The notes below the pieces were generated by a model that was not told where the DNA came from, ran no database searches, and saw only the letters and a program-made list of their open reading frames with translations. Position numbers and translations under genes: made by a program. A stretch of 64,000 nucleotides of DNA from Verrucomicrobiota bacterium (GTDB taxonomy: Bacteria; Verrucomicrobiota; Verrucomicrobiia; Limisphaerales; AAA164-E04): assembly GCA_047947115.1 (NCBI GenBank), contig CP170459.1:4448001-4512000 (forward strand), given 5' to 3'. Positions 1 through 10,825 of the stretch are shown here, one piece after another; positions within the stretch are counted from its first letter, which is position 1, and the number at the start of each line of letters is the position of its first letter.

Positions 1-1387
1 CCTCTTTGAGAGCTTCGACCCCTTCGGCCGAGATTTTACGTGTGGTATCTTTGGCCGCATGCCCATAACGAGCGGCGGAACCTGCCTGCATGGCAGCCAG
101 ACTTCCCATCCCACGGTATTGCTTGTAAAGCTTGCCACTGATTTCAAGAATCTCTCCGGGAGCTTCCGAACAACCAGCCAGCACCCCCCCGCATATCACC
201 GCATCGGCAAGGGTCAGCGCTTTGACGATGTCACCGGATTTGGAGATGCCGCCGTCGGCCAAAATGGAAACGCCTTTTCGACGAGCAGCCGAGCTTGCCA
301 CATACAACGCAGTCATCTGCGGGATTCCCACACCGGCAACCACTCGTGTGGTGCAGATGCTACCGGGTCCTTGTCCTACTTTCACACAGTCGGCACCGGA
401 ATCTGCCAGGAATTCAACACCTGCACCGGTCGTGACATTGCCAGCAATGATCGGGAGATCCGGAAAAAGATCCCGGACCAATCGAACAGTGTCCCCCACC
501 CCTTTCGTGTGCCCATGAGCCGTGGATACCGCAACCGCATCCACCCCCCGATCCACGAGGGCCTGGACATGTTGTGCGATCGCGTCCCGGTCCAACTCCC
601 CAAAGGCATTGCGGGTCGCGGCAATGGCAGCGCCGCAAAGCAATCGAAAAGCGGCATCCCGTGCCGGCTTGACCTGCTCCTGCCTTTCTTCCGTGATTCG
701 GTCCACATCGGAAAGAGTAAACAGACCGCGCAAGCGATCCTGCTCATCCACAACCATCAATTTATCGATCCGGGGATGTTCACCAAACACGTGATCCGCA
801 CTGGCTATCGGATCATTTCCAAGCTCTTTCTCAGCCAGAGTCATCACCTGATTCCGCGGCAAAAGGGCCTCTTCCACCAAACGGGATGCATAGCGGGGAC
901 GGACCACATTTCCGGGCAAGAGACCAATCAATTTACCCTTGTCATCCACCACGGGAAATGTGCTGAACGTAAAGCCTTTTCGATCCATGAGATCCAAGAC
1001 ATCCCCTATCCTCTGGGAGGGTGTGACGGTAATGGGATCACGGATCAAACCATGCACGTGATTCTTGACACGGGAAACCTCCTTGAGCTGATCCTTGGGA
1101 CTCATATTGTAATGAATCAAGCCCATGCCGCCGTGCTGTGCCATGGCGATGGCCATGCGGGATTCGGTGACCGTGTCCATGTCAGCCGATATGATGGGTA
1201 AATGAAGTTCAAGCCCTTCGGCCAGCTTGGTTTCTAAAACCGTATCACGCGGAAGCACTTCGGAATGCAGAGTGGCCAGTGAAAGATCATCATAGGTCAG
1301 GGCACACTCTTTATTGGCCGTAAAGAAATCTTCGGCCTTGAGAAAAAACTCGCGATCCAGAGCATTGGGGTCCTGTGTATCTGCCAT
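1..1387 (-). CDS. guaB: IMP dehydrogenase (3' end runs off the window)
   Basis: Not in the ORF track because it has no stop in the window. Manual minus-strand translation from the ATG at 1387 gives [11 protein letters not shown]...LTYDDL...[20 protein letters not shown] and later [23 protein letters not shown] (catalytic Cys loop), ADGGI and YRGMGS. Confidence 0.96.
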   Translation of the reverse strand, partial: MADTQDPNALDREFFLKAEDFFTANKECALTYDDLSLATLHSEVLPRDTVLETKLAEGLELHLPIISADMDTVTESRMAIAMAQHGGMGLIHYNMSPKDQLKEVSRVKNHVHGLIRDPITVTPSQRIGDVLDLMDRKGFTFSTFPVVDDKGKLIGLLPGNVVRPRYASRLVEEALLPRNQVMTLAEKELGNDPIASADHVFGEHPRIDKLMVVDEQDRLRGLFTLSDVDRITEERQEQVKPARDAAFRLLCGAAIAATRNAFGELDRDAIAQHVQALVDRGVDAVAVSTAHGHTKGVGDTVRLVRDLFPDLPIIAGNVTTGAGVEFLADSGADCVKVGQGPGSICTTRVVAGVGIPQMTALYVASSAARRKGVSILADGGISKSGDIVKALTLADAVICGGVLAGCSEAPGEILEISGKLYKQYRGMGSLAAMQAGSAARYGHAAKDTTRKISAEGVEALKE

Positions 1388-1636
1388 GTCCCAGCTTGCC
1401 AAAGGCCCTGCGGAACTGGCAAGAGGGAACTAGCAAAAAATGCAGATTGTCGGACCAAAGCGAGAACGATTGGGCTGAGAATCGAACAAAAAACCGCGCA
1501 GTCACGAAACAGATCGGGATAACCCCATTCACCGGGGCATGGTGATCCGCCATCGCTCCGGCACAAGCTGACCGGGAGCTCCAGCCTCGCGCGCACCAGT
1601 AGGCCCCTTACTTTTAAAGTTCAAATGAGATTTCGA

Positions 1637-2380
1637 TCACCACCAGGTAAAGGATGGATCAGGTTTCGGTGCGTTACCGTAGTTCCATTCGTAGGCTTCC
1701 AGCGGAAACTGAAAGAACTCGGTGTGACTGTCTCCGAACAGAACGTTAAAGCGATATTCCCCCTTGAAGTTGTGCCACTGACTTTCTTTGTCCCGCTTGT
1801 CACGATCCGCCCACCAAGGCCAGTCACCAGTCACCAGCTTATTGGAGGGTCCTTTGGCCATCTCGGCACCTTTCATGGGTGTGGCCTGAGGAGATCCCGG
1901 AGCTGCTTTGGAATCTCCGGTCACATGTTTGATACGCAAGGTTTCCACGGCCCAAACGGTCAGGTAACTGTTACCCCAGCCTTGAAAACACGTCTTGGTC
2001 CCCTGCGGAAACCGGGCGATGTGCAGGGAATCCCCCTTGTCCGAAGGACAGTGATAGGCCTCGTCTGCAGGCACGTAATTGTTCAGAGGCCTGCGTTCTC
2101 TGGGAACATCACCGCCGTGCAGGGTCATGGTTCCCGTTGTGCCGCCCAGAGTTCCCCAGTTCTCATAAGCAGGGTAGTAGTCGTTATTGTCATCCATATA
2201 CATGGCAAAGCCCAAACCGTGTTGACGCATGTTGTTGTTGCATTTGATGGTCTTGGCTTTTTCCTTGGCGCGGGACAGCGCCGGCAGCAGCATGCCCGCC
2301 AAGATGGCAATAATGGCAATCACCACAAGCAATTCAATCAAAGTGAATGCCATGAAGGGTTTTTGTGGATGAGATTTCAT
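1637..2380 (-). CDS. Prepilin-type N-terminal cleavage/methylation protein with H-X9-DG-like C-terminus (DUF1559-like)
   Basis: [27 protein letters not shown]-terminus, C-x-N-N motif, YHCPSD, and C-terminal WH...NVLFGDSH. Confidence 0.9.
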   Translation of the reverse strand: MKSHPQKPFMAFTLIELLVVIAIIAILAGMLLPALSRAKEKAKTIKCNNNMRQHGLGFAMYMDDNNDYYPAYENWGTLGGTTGTMTLHGGDVPRERRPLNNYVPADEAYHCPSDKGDSLHIARFPQGTKTCFQGWGNSYLTVWAVETLRIKHVTGDSKAAPGSPQATPMKGAEMAKGPSNKLVTGDWPWWADRDKRDKESQWHNFKGEYRFNVLFGDSHTEFFQFPLEAYEWNYGNAPKPDPSFTWW

Positions 2381-2450
2381 ATATTGGGGACTGTTTTAAA
2401 GCTTGATCATAGAAAAGCAATGCTTCGTTCAAGGTTACGGTGCAAAATCG

Positions 2451-3224
2451 TCATTCGGCAGGAGTGATCCGTTTGATGCCTTCAGGGTTTTTCTCTTCCC
2501 TGAACAAATCCGAAACGATCTCCGTGGACTGGAGCAAATCGGCATGCCCATCCAGAAAGACCCAGTTTGATCCGTTACTGTGCCTTTCCTTGGCGATGCG
2601 ACGCTCAGTATTCAATCGCCCGGAACGCTCATTGTAAGGTGTATGGGTCGGGGCCCAAACATCATTCAAATCTTTCACTGCATCTCGTATCCCCGTCACA
2701 ATCGGTCGCCATGCACCGTCTTCATTGTCGCCGATATGCACGGTGTTGCTGGGTTCCTGAAAGGCGGTGATCTTGGACGGACCAACCTGTTCGGTCCCCA
2801 CCATGTCCGTTTTACTGGAGAATTTCCAGGCATTGATCACGTATGTGATCACCTGACGCTCTCTGGGATTTCGATTGGGATAGCTCGGGCATTTATATAT
2901 ACGAATACCGCTGAAATCATCCTCCCTGCCCCCTTCGGGCATGTAAGGCATGTAAACAAGAAACCAAGGATATCCGTTGCCTCTTGGAATATAGCCTTCA
3001 TTCTCATCCGAGTAGAGAATCATGGCCAAACCGGTCTGCTTGAGGTTGTTGATGCAAAGGATCGATTTGGCCTTGGATTTTGCTTTGCTGAGTGCCGGCA
3101 GGAGCATGCCAGCCAAAATCGCGATGATTGCAATCACCACAAGAAGTTCGATCAGTGTAAAACCTTTCCGAAAAAAGGCTCCAGCGGATACACCACGCCA
3201 TGGGGTGCTAACTTTCGTTTTCAT
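2451..3224 (-). CDS. Prepilin-type N-terminal cleavage/methylation protein with H-X9-DG domain
   Basis: [52 protein letters not shown]. Confidence 0.92.
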   Translation of the reverse strand: MKTKVSTPWRGVSAGAFFRKGFTLIELLVVIAIIAILAGMLLPALSKAKSKAKSILCINNLKQTGLAMILYSDENEGYIPRGNGYPWFLVYMPYMPEGGREDDFSGIRIYKCPSYPNRNPRERQVITYVINAWKFSSKTDMVGTEQVGPSKITAFQEPSNTVHIGDNEDGAWRPIVTGIRDAVKDLNDVWAPTHTPYNERSGRLNTERRIAKERHSNGSNWVFLDGHADLLQSTEIVSDLFREEKNPEGIKRITPAE

Positions 3225-3323
3225 AACGGTTTCCAGCTTCGCGATCGGGAATGGAAAAATGTTTACACCATTTCTGGCGGTTTGCAGAGCAAAAAATCAC
3301 TCTTTTTACCTTCCACAATATTC

Positions 3324-6300
3324 TCAATCCTCATCCTGCTGCAAAACCTGTATGCGATAAAAAGCTTTCCCAACACTTTGGAAATCTGACACATCGAACA
3401 CAACTTGACCACCGTCCGCTCGAACTGTCTCCAGCATCTTCCATTCAGCCTCCGTCAAGGATTCGCTCATTTCCAGGGCATATTCACGGCCAGAAACTGT
3501 TGACACTGTCAAATGCAGCCTCAGAGCATCGTCAACAGAGAGTTCCACAATGCGCGTTACACTGTTCGCCTGACGAGGGTGCGTGCCCGCCTCAAACTCT
3601 TGTTGATTCGTGTGTCCATCATTATCAGGATCGCTATTGGGACTGATGAGGTGCGGATTTTCCATGTCTGTGTCGGAAAAATAATGACTCAACCATGCAT
3701 CGTATTTCAACGCCATGCTGCCATCACGAATGTCGGCAGGCATTTCTTCGGTTGTCGTCAATTCACCATCAAATACATCGACAGCCAGCACATACAAACC
3801 TGGTTTGGAGAATGTGGCGGTGGCAGGAAGGGTTTGATCATTTTCAAAATCCACCTCCCCCGGACCTGACACAAGACGCCATTGCACAGTTGTGATTCCA
3901 GGGCTGATCGGCAAGCCATCGTCGCGCCATAATCCCGACAATTTAACCGGCATTTGGTCTAATCCCGTTGCTAGAGATCCCAATCGTATGACGGGCGCCG
4001 TGTTCTCGGGAATCAAGACAGCGTTCAACTTCAGATCAAAACTGACATCACTACTACTGGCATTAGCTTGATGAACTTCAACAGCCAACTGATTCATTCC
4101 CGACACCAAAAGGGAAGGACTGACAGAGGTTTCGTAAAAGGTGCCTTCATCCGCCCCACCGGCCACACCTGAAGCGAAAGTCTGTGGGGTCAACGCTCCA
4201 TCAGGCAGGTTTTGTCTGAACACTTCTTTTCCGTTCAAATAAACCAGTGCACCATCATCCCGGATCAGTCTCAAGATCATGGATCTGACACTGGAAGGCT
4301 GATTCACCTCAAACGTTTTTCTGAAATAGTAGGTGATTATTTTGTCCCCGGCATTGCCTCCAAAGGACAACTGTGTCTGCTCATCCCCATCCCCATAGCC
4401 CAGTTGAGCTGGTCCGCTTTCCCAAGCCCGATCGTCAAAACTCAGATCCACCCACGTATCGGGCAAAGGAGTTCCTCGATCAAAGTAGTTCCAAGTCGAC
4501 CCGGCTTGCACCAGTGTTCCGGTTTCCGCGGGTCGCTCCACGGTCAATTGCAAAGAGGAGGAACTCCTCAACAAGCCATCACTCGCGGTCAGCTCGACAG
4601 TCCATGTTCCCACGCCGGGCAATTCTGCCATGGTGGAGATCGAGCCTGGATCTCCGAAATAAATCTGCCCGGGACCTTCGATTTGTTTCCATTCAACCGT
4701 CACCTGACCAGAATCACGGGGTAATCCATCGTCTTGCATCACTCCTTTTAAAACAAAGTATGCGGGCAATGTGGAAAACACCAATGACTGATCCTCACCG
4801 GCAAATACAACAGGTGCACGGTTCCCATCATTTTCAACGCCTGGCGATGGCTGCAACAAACTGGAACGCCAGTTGATCGGATCATTGCCATACTCAAGCG
4901 ATTCGATCCGCTCCACGGAAGCTCCAGGCGTCAAGGCGATTTCAGGCCATGGAGAGGACGCACGGTAACGAACTTCATCGACGGTGATCATTGAAACGAT
5001 CACACCCTCCGGAGTGACATCGGGTTCATCCGGCCGCTGTAACTTCAATCGTTCACCATTGTCCTGGAGGTTGCCTTCAAAAGGCCCCAAAACCTGGACA
5101 TCCGCGGGTACCGCGAAGGAACTGCGAAACACATCCGGCTCACTACCGGCAATCAGCAGCAACGCCCCCGGAGCAAGAGAAATGTCCGGAGGAAAAACAA
5201 AACCTATTCCATCCAGTCGCCATGTGTTCTCCTGATGTTCCGGATCAAAAAGCGGGACTTCCTGGGCGCTCACGTTTTTCAACTCCACAAATTCGGGTGC
5301 ACTTCCGTCTGATTTATAATAAATCTCATTGATGACAACTGGTCCCACCAAAGGCCCGCTGTTTGCAGCGCCGAAGGTCAAGGACCGCTGAGGCGGATAT
5401 TGAGCCTGGCCAGTGCTGGTCAGGTAACGTCCGTAGGACACACCATTCTCAGAAGCCTCGAATTCAAATCCGTGGCTGTATCCGGTCAATACACCATTGA
5501 CGTCAGCTGAAAAGAGATAGACCGATTCCCCAAAAGAGCTGAAGGTAAAACTGGGAGCCACACCAGGGGAGGGATTGAATGAATGTTCGTCCACGACCAG
5601 ATACCCTCCCGATGGGATGCCTGTTCCGGCAGGAAACTGGTACTTTTCAGGTTCCCTGCGATCATCGGTTATAAACCAGCCACCCAAGTCCGCCGGTTGA
5701 TCGGTCGGGTTGAATAATTCCACGGAATCCACCAGGGGAGGATCGGTATGAGCCAGCAATTCATTGATGACCACCGCAGGAATATTTGCATCAACATCTT
5801 CCCTACCCGGACTTCCTCCCAGCTGGCTGGACGCACGCCAGAGGGTGCCGTCTCCCTGATCCTGCATGACGTCATCCGACACAACGGGCACGATCGAAAA
5901 CCCGCTGCCATCCGCTGTAAAAGGCCAGGGAAGTTCATCATCAAAGGTAAAAGACCGGATCTCCTTCCCGGAAGCGTGAGAAAGCGTGAGGCGTTCACCG
6001 GCATTGTTCAAACTGCCAGAATATTGTCCGGCGATGGTGACCGAAGGATATCTTCGCGCAAAGGACTCCGCATCGTGAACCAGCACCGCAAACTCACCCG
6101 GCTCCAACACAGTTCCATTCGGAAACGTAAACCGAATGCCATCGGTAAAAGCAACACCGCTCAAATCCAGTGATTCGTCCGCCATATTCCTCAGTTCAAC
6201 GAATTCGTAAACATCCCCATCAACAGCCAAATCATTGGAAATCGGATGATACATTATTTCAGTCAACAGCAATTCGTTAAACTCCCGTCCAACAATGAAA

Positions 6301-9300
6301 TCCATCTCGGTCAAAGCACTCCATACACCGTTCCGATATCCTCTGGCCATCAAGTGAAGGTGCTCCCCCACATTCAGTGGCCCCTGATACATCCTTGCTT
6401 CCGGTGAAATACCTCCCCCCATCCGACGCGGATCCACCCCGTTCAATGTGAAGTAGATCGTCGAAGCGTTTCCGGCATTCAACACCAATGAATGTCCTTC
6501 CGGAACCACTCCTCCGAACTGGTTCAATCCGGGAGCATCGACATCCGGGTAGAGATTGTCCTGCCTTAATTGATTCAACAGAACGGATGTGCGCCTCGCA
6601 ATGAAGGTATCTCGGACGGAATCAATCGTGTTGATCCAGGCATTATCCCGGGTGAATGGTTGGGCCCGTTTGGAATCCCCCCAACGAGCGGATTCGGCAA
6701 CCACCGCCCGATCGATCTCTTCCTTGCGTTTCATAAACAGTGCCGTGGCCGTTTCGGGAGTGAGAACACCTGCATTGAACATGTGTTTATGGATGTGATC
6801 GGACACCTTCATGCGGAATTCCGCATTCTTCTGAAGTTCCTGCCACAAATACTGCGGGTTGAAATACTGAAAGGTACTTCCAGCCGGATAGGGTCCGGTG
6901 CGATTTTCATTAACGTTCAACAGCGTGTGCTCGGCATCATGTACGAAATGCTGAAATCCGACATCCCCATTTCTGTTCCGCAGGGAATAAAAATTATTAG
7001 GTCGATTGTTTCCCAAAAAATTGGAAATGGGCGCGTCCAGATTTCCCCCGTATAAAATGATCAGCATGTAATCAATGAGATTGGGCACATCCACCAACAC
7101 CGGATAATCCGGATTCCGTGAGCCATCTGGATTGTTTCCCTGGACACGCTGGTAATCGGCATCACTTGCCAGACCGCCCCTCACCGCCTGCCAGAGCTCC
7201 TGCCAGGCATCCAGGTTTCCATCGGTGGCATTGATCGTGTAAGGCCCCGCCTCGACCTTGATCACATCGTAATCCTCTTTTTCCCCTCCATAATAGGCTT
7301 CACCATAAGAAGCCTCCGGACGCTCAGCCGTGTTGTAGAGCCCCCAGTACATGCCATTGATATACAGATGCGCGTAATCTCCGCGTTCGGCGTTGTGCCC
7401 CATGGCCAATTGAAGATCCCTGTTGAACTGATCGCGCATGAAAATCCCCCGACTATCTCCCTGAAAGCTCCAGGAATAGTTCTGAAAGGTACGCAAATCA
7501 AAGGCATCAAAAGATTGGTTGGCATCTTCACCGAATACCGGATAATTCAGTTTTGAATCTCCGTACTCGCTCCTGAAAAACAGACGAAAAGCGTGCTTGG
7601 GATTGTTGGTGCTGCGGCTGAAACCTCCTCGGATACGGATCCCCGCATTGATCTGGAAACCCTTCTTCCCGTCCGGATGAATCAATTCAACCGAACAGGG
7701 ACGCTCCCAATCACGACCATCCTGAGAAGGATTTGAATAGATACCCGATGAACCGAACATATCATCCAGATCCATCACAATGGAAAAGGAAGGGATCGTT
7801 TTCAAATCATCGATGATCGTGTCCCGATACAAACGATTGTCCACCACATCGGGATCCATCCCATAATCCACCGTATTGCTTCCCCATCTTGCCGGCCAAC
7901 CTTCCGGCGCCCGGCCGTCGGATGCCTGATGGATGATATCTTCCAAAAAGAAATAGGTCTGCGTATCAGTATTGGACGGTTCATAACCTTCTCGAAAGGC
8001 ACGTGCACGAACGGTGGTCGTCTTATCGATTCGCAATGGTTCCGAATAAGACATTCCATTGTTGAGAGAGGGCTCCGTTCCATCCAATGTGTATCGAATG
8101 TCAGCCTCTGTGGTATCAGTGGAAATGATCAACGAAAACGGTTCCGCATAGAAACCCCGATCCTGACTGAACTTGGTATCCCCAACAAACGCCAGGCTGC
8201 CTGCCGCATTCAATGCCCCAGGTGTAGCGGTGGAAAAGTAATGCAAACTGCCTGATTCCACTTCAAACTCATCCAACACCACATCCAGAAACGCACTCGA
8301 ATCATCGATCGCTGCATTGAAAACCTGAATGGCAAGCAGGTTGTTCCCCTCGCGCAGATGTTGCATGGACCCGCTCAATTCTATCCGTTCCCACTCGTCA
8401 GAAGCATTCTCCCTAACCGCCAGATCATCCCAGGCGGCATTGTCTGCCACATGTCGCCGCGCCACTTCAACGCCATTTAAAAAGGCAACAAACCCGTCGT
8501 TATAACGGATGCGCATGGTCAAAGAATCCAGTTCCCCGATCTGTGTTGCCTGAAAGGGGATGCGCGCACAAAAGGCCCCGTGCTTTTCATACATGGAAGA
8601 CAACAGATCCGTCTGAATGAAGGCATTACTCACATTGCCGGATGGAGAAGGAGTTGACCAAACCTCGAGCCCGCCGTTTTGAACATCCCCGACCAATTTG
8701 AAATCCCCCGCGCTGAAGGACCTCAACCGCCCTTTGGCTGCGAAAAACTCCAGTGTGGCACCACCACCACGCTCATAGAAAAGGAGCTTCATCGGATAGG
8801 TTCCCGGATCCGAAACAGAGACCAATCCCAAGGTATCGGCCGCAGCGCGAGGAGCGGGAAAGCTGAAAGTCTGGCCTGCGATTTCCAAGCGGAATCCGTC
8901 ATCACTGTTCACCCCGAAGGTCCAGACACCGCTTTGAGGTATCACCACATTACCGGTGACCTCGACGACAAAATCTTCCGCATTTTGTCCGATGGTCATT
9001 CCTGGAAAAGCAGCATTCTCGCCGAAATGGCCTGAACCACCTGTATCAAAGAAATTGATCACCGGACTGAACACAGACACTTCCTCACCCTGCAAAGGGG
9101 GGGAGTTCAGTAATTGTTCAGCGGTGTCCAGGTGATCGACAGTCGTCCGCGCCTGGATATTTCGCACCCAAAATCCGGGAACGGAGGCTTGATACCCGAT
9201 GCTCAATGTGCCGGCTTCCCAATGAGTATCGGAGAAATCATTTTGAGCCCAAACCCCGGCATCCACACCAGAATCGGCAACACGATACCTTAAGGCTGCT

Positions 9301-9788
9301 CCTTCGGACAAAATGGAATGCTGCGTCACGGTCTGTCCCCATCCATAAGACACATTCCTGTGTTGCTGCGGATATTGATCGTAGGTATGAACGATGGTTT
9401 GTCCGTCAGAGTGGATCAATGCGAGGTATTCGCCATCGGCGTCCAGGCTGAAATTGGTGTGATAGGGTTGACCGGGATTCCGTCGATCCTTACCGGAAGC
9501 CCAAACAAGCAGCAATCCCTTGGCCGGGAGTGTTACAGAGGGAAAACGCCACTCATTCAAATCATCGGCATTGTTGCTCAGGTACCACCCTGTCAAATCG
9601 ACAGATTCAATACCCGTATTATAAATCTCCAACCAATCCGAACTATCTCCGTCTTCATCGAGAATCGTGTTACCATTACTGGCCATGAATTCAGAAATAA
9701 TGACGTCTCCCGAAAGATGGTTACCCGAGATCAATCCAGCCCCGATCAACCCGACTAACAGGCATCCTTTAATTCCTTCTGTAAGCAT
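3324..9788 (-). CDS. Large exported lamin-tail-domain / PA14 / CotH-kinase protein (2154 aa)
   Basis: Signal-peptide-like N-terminus. Several lamin-tail repeats (VIISEFMASN..DWLEIYN, LLTEIMYHP..EFVELRN, VVINELLAH, VVINEIYY), a PA14-like motif (FGVNSDDGFRL), Fn3-associated motifs (IRYTLDGTEP), a CotH-like core (YINGMYWGLYNTAERP), PKD-like repeats and a DPDNDG..EF..GT.P motif before the C-terminal tail. Confidence 0.85.
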   Translation of the reverse strand: MLTEGIKGCLLVGLIGAGLISGNHLSGDVIISEFMASNGNTILDEDGDSSDWLEIYNTGIESVDLTGWYLSNNADDLNEWRFPSVTLPAKGLLLVWASGKDRRNPGQPYHTNFSLDADGEYLALIHSDGQTIVHTYDQYPQQHRNVSYGWGQTVTQHSILSEGAALRYRVADSGVDAGVWAQNDFSDTHWEAGTLSIGYQASVPGFWVRNIQARTTVDHLDTAEQLLNSPPLQGEEVSVFSPVINFFDTGGSGHFGENAAFPGMTIGQNAEDFVVEVTGNVVIPQSGVWTFGVNSDDGFRLEIAGQTFSFPAPRAAADTLGLVSVSDPGTYPMKLLFYERGGGATLEFFAAKGRLRSFSAGDFKLVGDVQNGGLEVWSTPSPSGNVSNAFIQTDLLSSMYEKHGAFCARIPFQATQIGELDSLTMRIRYNDGFVAFLNGVEVARRHVADNAAWDDLAVRENASDEWERIELSGSMQHLREGNNLLAIQVFNAAIDDSSAFLDVVLDEFEVESGSLHYFSTATPGALNAAGSLAFVGDTKFSQDRGFYAEPFSLIISTDTTEADIRYTLDGTEPSLNNGMSYSEPLRIDKTTTVRARAFREGYEPSNTDTQTYFFLEDIIHQASDGRAPEGWPARWGSNTVDYGMDPDVVDNRLYRDTIIDDLKTIPSFSIVMDLDDMFGSSGIYSNPSQDGRDWERPCSVELIHPDGKKGFQINAGIRIRGGFSRSTNNPKHAFRLFFRSEYGDSKLNYPVFGEDANQSFDAFDLRTFQNYSWSFQGDSRGIFMRDQFNRDLQLAMGHNAERGDYAHLYINGMYWGLYNTAERPEASYGEAYYGGEKEDYDVIKVEAGPYTINATDGNLDAWQELWQAVRGGLASDADYQRVQGNNPDGSRNPDYPVLVDVPNLIDYMLIILYGGNLDAPISNFLGNNRPNNFYSLRNRNGDVGFQHFVHDAEHTLLNVNENRTGPYPAGSTFQYFNPQYLWQELQKNAEFRMKVSDHIHKHMFNAGVLTPETATALFMKRKEEIDRAVVAESARWGDSKRAQPFTRDNAWINTIDSVRDTFIARRTSVLLNQLRQDNLYPDVDAPGLNQFGGVVPEGHSLVLNAGNASTIYFTLNGVDPRRMGGGISPEARMYQGPLNVGEHLHLMARGYRNGVWSALTEMDFIVGREFNELLLTEIMYHPISNDLAVDGDVYEFVELRNMADESLDLSGVAFTDGIRFTFPNGTVLEPGEFAVLVHDAESFARRYPSVTIAGQYSGSLNNAGERLTLSHASGKEIRSFTFDDELPWPFTADGSGFSIVPVVSDDVMQDQGDGTLWRASSQLGGSPGREDVDANIPAVVINELLAHTDPPLVDSVELFNPTDQPADLGGWFITDDRREPEKYQFPAGTGIPSGGYLVVDEHSFNPSPGVAPSFTFSSFGESVYLFSADVNGVLTGYSHGFEFEASENGVSYGRYLTSTGQAQYPPQRSLTFGAANSGPLVGPVVINEIYYKSDGSAPEFVELKNVSAQEVPLFDPEHQENTWRLDGIGFVFPPDISLAPGALLLIAGSEPDVFRSSFAVPADVQVLGPFEGNLQDNGERLKLQRPDEPDVTPEGVIVSMITVDEVRYRASSPWPEIALTPGASVERIESLEYGNDPINWRSSLLQPSPGVENDGNRAPVVFAGEDQSLVFSTLPAYFVLKGVMQDDGLPRDSGQVTVEWKQIEGPGQIYFGDPGSISTMAELPGVGTWTVELTASDGLLRSSSSLQLTVERPAETGTLVQAGSTWNYFDRGTPLPDTWVDLSFDDRAWESGPAQLGYGDGDEQTQLSFGGNAGDKIITYYFRKTFEVNQPSSVRSMILRLIRDDGALVYLNGKEVFRQNLPDGALTPQTFASGVAGGADEGTFYETSVSPSLLVSGMNQLAVEVHQANASSSDVSFDLKLNAVLIPENTAPVIRLGSLATGLDQMPVKLSGLWRDDGLPISPGITTVQWRLVSGPGEVDFENDQTLPATATFSKPGLYVLAVDVFDGELTTTEEMPADIRDGSMALKYDAWLSHYFSDTDMENPHLISPNSDPDNDGHTNQQEFEAGTHPRQANSVTRIVELSVDDALRLHLTVSTVSGREYALEMSESLTEAEWKMLETVRADGGQVVFDVSDFQSVGKAFYRIQVLQQDED

Positions 9789-9844
9789 GAACCATAATCA
9801 GCAAAATTCGGGCCATTTTACAAAAGGAAGACAATCGTGAGTGA

Positions 9845-10825
9845 TCAATCCTCCATTTTGGCTTCCCTATTCAAAAGATCCTCAACAGCAACACGTACCG
9901 GCTTACCCTGGTGAAGCATGGCATGCACTTCATTGATGATCGGGACATCCACTCCACATTTCTCAGCCAACTGCCAAGCGGATCTTGATGTAGCATAACC
10001 CTCTACAACCGAAACAGTAGCACCAATCAGAGCCTTCACATCCTCCCCCGCCCCGACCTTTTCGCCGAAGGTTCGATTGCGACTCAGCTTGGAAAAACAG
10101 GTCACCACCAAATCCCCCAGACCGCTCAAACCGCTGAATGTCTCTGGCTTGGCCCCACAATGCACCCCAAGCCTTCGGATCTCGGCAATACCACGCGTCA
10201 CCAAGGCGGCTTTGGAATTGTCCCCAAAGCCCAGCCCCTCACAAATCCCCGCGGCAATGGCAATGACATTTTTCAAAGCACCGCCAAATTCCACCCCAAC
10301 AGGATCCGAAGAGGTATAAACACGAAAATGGGAACGATGGAACAGAGCCTGAACGTGTTCGGCGTCGCTCACACATTCGGAGGCGGCAACGATGGCGGTT
10401 GGCATACCAGAGGCAACCTCCGCCGCCAAAGTAGGTCCGGAAAGCGCAACGACCTTCGATGCCGGTATGGCGTCCGCCAGCACTTCGGTCATGGTTTTTC
10501 CGGATTCAAACTCAATCCCCTTGGTCACACTGACTACAACCCCCTCAAACGACGCAACTTGCTCGGCAACTGGACGAAAACCACCCGAAGGAACAGCCAT
10601 CACCAACGCATCCTGCCCCGATGCCGCAACGCTCAAATCGGAAGTCAAATCCCAATCACAACCCAGAGGGATGCCGGGAAGGTACCGGGTATTTTCACCT
10701 GATGTTTTGATTTGCTCCAGGAGAGCAGGGTTTCTTCCCCACATCGTAACATGATGCCCGTTATCATGCAGCACTTTACCAAGAGCACACCCCCATGCTC
10801 CTGCTCCAAGCACGCCCAAATTCAT
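9845..10825 (-). CDS. gpsA: NAD(P)H-dependent glycerol-3-phosphate dehydrogenase
   Basis: GVLGAGAWG Rossmann motif, TKGIE, LSGPT, GGALKNVIAIAAG, GLSGLGDLVVTC.SKLSRNR. The real start is the ATG at 10825, overlapping the plsY stop (ATGA). Confidence 0.97.
   Translation of the reverse strand: MNLGVLGAGAWGCALGKVLHDNGHHVTMWGRNPALLEQIKTSGENTRYLPGIPLGCDWDLTSDLSVAASGQDALVMAVPSGGFRPVAEQVASFEGVVVSVTKGIEFESGKTMTEVLADAIPASKVVALSGPTLAAEVASGMPTAIVAASECVSDAEHVQALFHRSHFRVYTSSDPVGVEFGGALKNVIAIAAGICEGLGFGDNSKAALVTRGIAEIRRLGVHCGAKPETFSGLSGLGDLVVTCFSKLSRNRTFGEKVGAGEDVKALIGATVSVVEGYATSRSAWQLAEKCGVDVPIINEVHAMLHQGKPVRVAVEDLLNREAKMED

Noticed and set aside
59..1201. 380-aa plus-strand ORF
   Set aside because: Antisense shadow of guaB, which is clearly encoded on the minus strand.
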